64,000 bases of DNA from Eledone cirrhosa (lineage: Eukaryota). The translations under genes were made by a program, and so were the position numbers. The stretch covers positions 362,390,001 to 362,454,000 of the forward strand of contig OZ024742.1 of the NCBI GenBank assembly GCA_964016885.1. The letters run 5' to 3'. The notes below the pieces were generated by a model. The model was given only the letters and a program-made list of their open reading frames with translations. It was not told the origin of the DNA and ran no database searches. Below, piece by piece: positions 60,201 through 64,000 of this stretch (position 1 is the stretch's first letter; every line of letters begins with the position of its first letter).

Positions 60201-63200
60201 CATCACAATCACTGACATCATAACCACTGACATCACAACCACTGACATCATAACCACTGACATCATAACCACTGACATCACAATCACTGACATCACAACC
60301 ACTGACATCACAATCACTGACATCATAACCACTGACATCACAACCACTGACATCATAACCACTGACATCACAACCACTTATATCACAATCACTGACATCA
60401 CAATCACTGACATCACAACCACTGACATCACAACCACTGACATCACAACCACTGACATCACAATCACTGACATCACAATCACTGACATCACAATCACTGA
60501 CATCATAACCACTGACATCATAAACACTGACATCACAACCACTGACATCACAACTACTGATATCACAATCACTGACGTCACAACCACTGACATCATAACC
60601 ACTGACATCATAACCACTGACATCATAACCACTGACATCACAATCACTGACATCACGACCACTGACCTCCCAAACACTGATATCACAATCACTGACCTCA
60701 CAACCACTGACATCACAACCACAGCCATCACAACCACTGACATCCCAGCCACTGATATCACAATCAATGACATCACAACCACTGACATCATAATCACTGA
60801 CATCATAACCACAGCCATCACAACCACTGACATCCCAGCCACTGATATCACAATCACTGACATCACAATCACTGACATCACAATCACTGACATCACAACC
60901 ACTGACATCACAACCACTGACATAACAATCACTGACGTCACAACCACTGACATCACAATCACTGACACCACAACCACTGACATCACAACCACTGACATCA
61001 CAATTACTGACATCACAATCACTCACATCACAATTACTGACATCACAACCACTGACACCACAACCACTGACACCACAATCACTGACATCATAACCACTGA
61101 CATCATAACCACTGACATCACAATCACTGACATCACGACCACTGACCTCACAAACACTGATATCACAATCACTGACATCACAACCACTGACATCATAACC
61201 ACTGACATCACAAACACTGACATCATAACCACTGACATCACAACCACTTATATCACAATCACTGACATCACAATCACTGACATCACAACCACTGACATCA
61301 CAACCACTGACATCACAACCACTGACATCACAATCACTGACATCACAATCACTGACATCACAATCACTGACATCATAACCACTGACATCATAAACACTGA
61401 CATCACAACCACTGACATCACAACTACTGATATCACAATCACTCACGTCACAACCACTGACATCATAACCACTGACATCATAACCACTGACATCATAACC
61501 ACTGACATCACAATCACTGACATCACGACCACTGACCTCCCAAACACTGATATCACAATCACTGACCTCACAACCACTGACATCATAACCACTGACATCA
61601 TAACCACTGACATCACAACCAATGACATCACAACCACTGACATCATAACCACTGACATCACAATCACTGACATCACGACCACTGACCTCCCAAACACTGA
61701 TATCACAATCACTGACCTCACAACCACTGACATCACAACCACAGACATCACAACCACTGACATCCCAACCACTGATATCACAATCAATGACATCACAACC
61801 ACTGACATCATAACCACTGTCATCATAACCACTGACATCATAACCACTGACATCACAACCACTGACATAACAATCACTGACATCACAATCACTGACATCA
61901 CAATCACTCACATTTACAACCACTGACATCACAACCACTGACATCATAACCACGGACACCACAATACCTGACATCATAACCAATGACATCATAACCACTG
62001 ACATCACAATCACTGACATCACGACCACTGACGTCACAAACACTGATATCACAATCACTGACATCACAACCACTGACATCACAACCACTGACATCACAAC
62101 CGCTGAGATCACAACCACTGACATCACAACCACTGACATCACAACCACTGATATCACAATCACTGACATCACAATCATGACATCATAACCATTGACATCA
62201 CAATCACTGACATCACAATCACTGACATCACAACCACTGACATCACAACCACTGACATCACAACCACTGACATCACAATAACTGACATCATAACCACTGA
62301 CATCATAACCACTGACATCACAACCACTGACATCATAACCACTGACATCATAACCACTGACATCACAATCACTGACATCACAACCACTGACATCATAACC
62401 ACTGACATCACAATCACTGACATCACAACCACTGACATCACAACCACTGTCATAACAATCACTGACATCACAATCACTGACATCACAACCACTGACATCA
62501 CAACCACTGACATCACAACCACTGACATCACAATCACTGACATCATAACCACTGACATCATAACCACTGACATCACAATCACTGACATCACGACCACGCA
62601 CCTCACAAACACTGATATCACAATCACTGACATCACAACCACTGACATCATAACCACTGACATCACAACCGCTGACGTCACAACCACTGACATCACAACC
62701 ACTGACATCACAACCACTGATATCACAATCACTGACATCACAACCGCTGACATCACAATCACTGACATCATAACCACTGTCATCATAACCACTGACATCA
62801 CAATCACTGACTTCACAATCACTGACGTCACAACCACTGACATAACAATCACTGACACCACAACCACTGACATCACAACCACTGACGTCACAATTACTGA
62901 CATCACAGTCACTGACATCACAACCACTGACATCACAACCACTGACATTACAACCACTGACATCACAATCACTGACATCACGACCACTGACCTCACAAAC
63001 ACTGATATCACAATCACTGACATCACAACCACTGACATCATAACCACTGACATCACAACCACTGACATCACAACCACTGACATCACAACCACTGACATCA
63101 CAACCACTGATATCACAATCACTGACATCACAACCACTGACATCACAATCACTGATATCACAACCACTGACATCACAACCACTGACATCACAACCACTGA

Positions 63201-64000
63201 CATCACAACCACTGACATCACAACCACTGACATTACAACCACTGACATCACAATCACTGACATCACAATCACTGACATCATAACCATTGACATCACAATC
63301 ACTGACATCACAATCACTGACATCACAACCACTGACATCACAACCACTGACATCACAACCACTGACATCACAATCACTGACATCATAACCACTGACATCA
63401 TAACCACTGACATCACAATCACTGACATCACGACCACGCACCTCACAAACACTGATATCACAATCACTGACATCACAACCACTGACATCATAACCACTGA
63501 CATCACAACCGCTGACGTCACAACCACTGACATCACAACCACTGACATCACAACCACTGATATCACAATCACTGACATCACAACCGCTGACATCACAATC
63601 ACTGACATCACAATCACTGACATCACAACCACTGACATCACAACCACTGACATCACAACCACTGACATCACAATCACTGACATCATAACCACTGACATCA
63701 TAACCACTGACATCACAACCACTGACATCATAACCACTGACATCACAATCACTGACATCACAACCACTGACATCACAACCACTGACATAACAATCACTGA
63801 CGTCACAACCACTGACATCACAATCACTGACACCACAACCACTGACATCACAACCACTGACATCACAATTACTGACATCACAATCACTCACATCACAATT
63901 ACTGACATCACAACCACTGACACCACAACCACTGACACCACAATCACTGACATCATAACCACTGACATCATAACCACTGACATCACAATCACTGACATCA
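30259..64000. repeat. 15-bp satellite array, consensus ACCACTGACATCACA, ~2,250 units, open at the window end
   Basis: Continuous 15-bp periodicity with recurrent variants (AATC, CATA, GAT) and rare indels. Confidence 0.98.

Noticed and set aside
29986-63891. Long minus-strand ORFs (CDVSG)n and (MSVVV)n as Cys-rich or pentapeptide-repeat proteins
   Set aside because: They are alternative frames of a 15-bp satellite, with scattered stops and frameshifts and no unique sequence
30259-64000. CRISPR-like or telomeric array
   Set aside because: No unique spacers, no cas genes, eukaryotic context; the unit is not TTAGGG-like

Overview
AT-rich, microsatellite-laden metazoan DNA. The SINE families and the nAChR type suggest an octopod cephalopod (inference). 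The first ~30 kb contains: (i) two decayed Penelope-like elements (PLEs) with GIY-YIG endonuclease remnants; (ii) several PLE pseudo-LTR fragments carrying hammerhead ribozyme (HHR) motifs, including one canonical-looking full type I HHR at 26515-26594 and a perfect 399-bp fold-back palindrome with an HHR on each strand; (iii) six co-oriented R4/Dong-like RLE non-LTR retrotransposon copies from two families, each separated by (TAA)n; (iv) tRNA-type SINEs; (v) the last two coding exons of a minus-strand nicotinic acetylcholine receptor alpha subunit (alpha9/10-like). From ~30,259 to the window end is a >33.7-kb satellite of a 15-bp unit (ACCACTGACATCACA) with kb-scale higher-order duplications. 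It probably lies inside an nAChR intron. Most listed ORFs are by-products of simple repeats. All alignments and foldings were done by eye.
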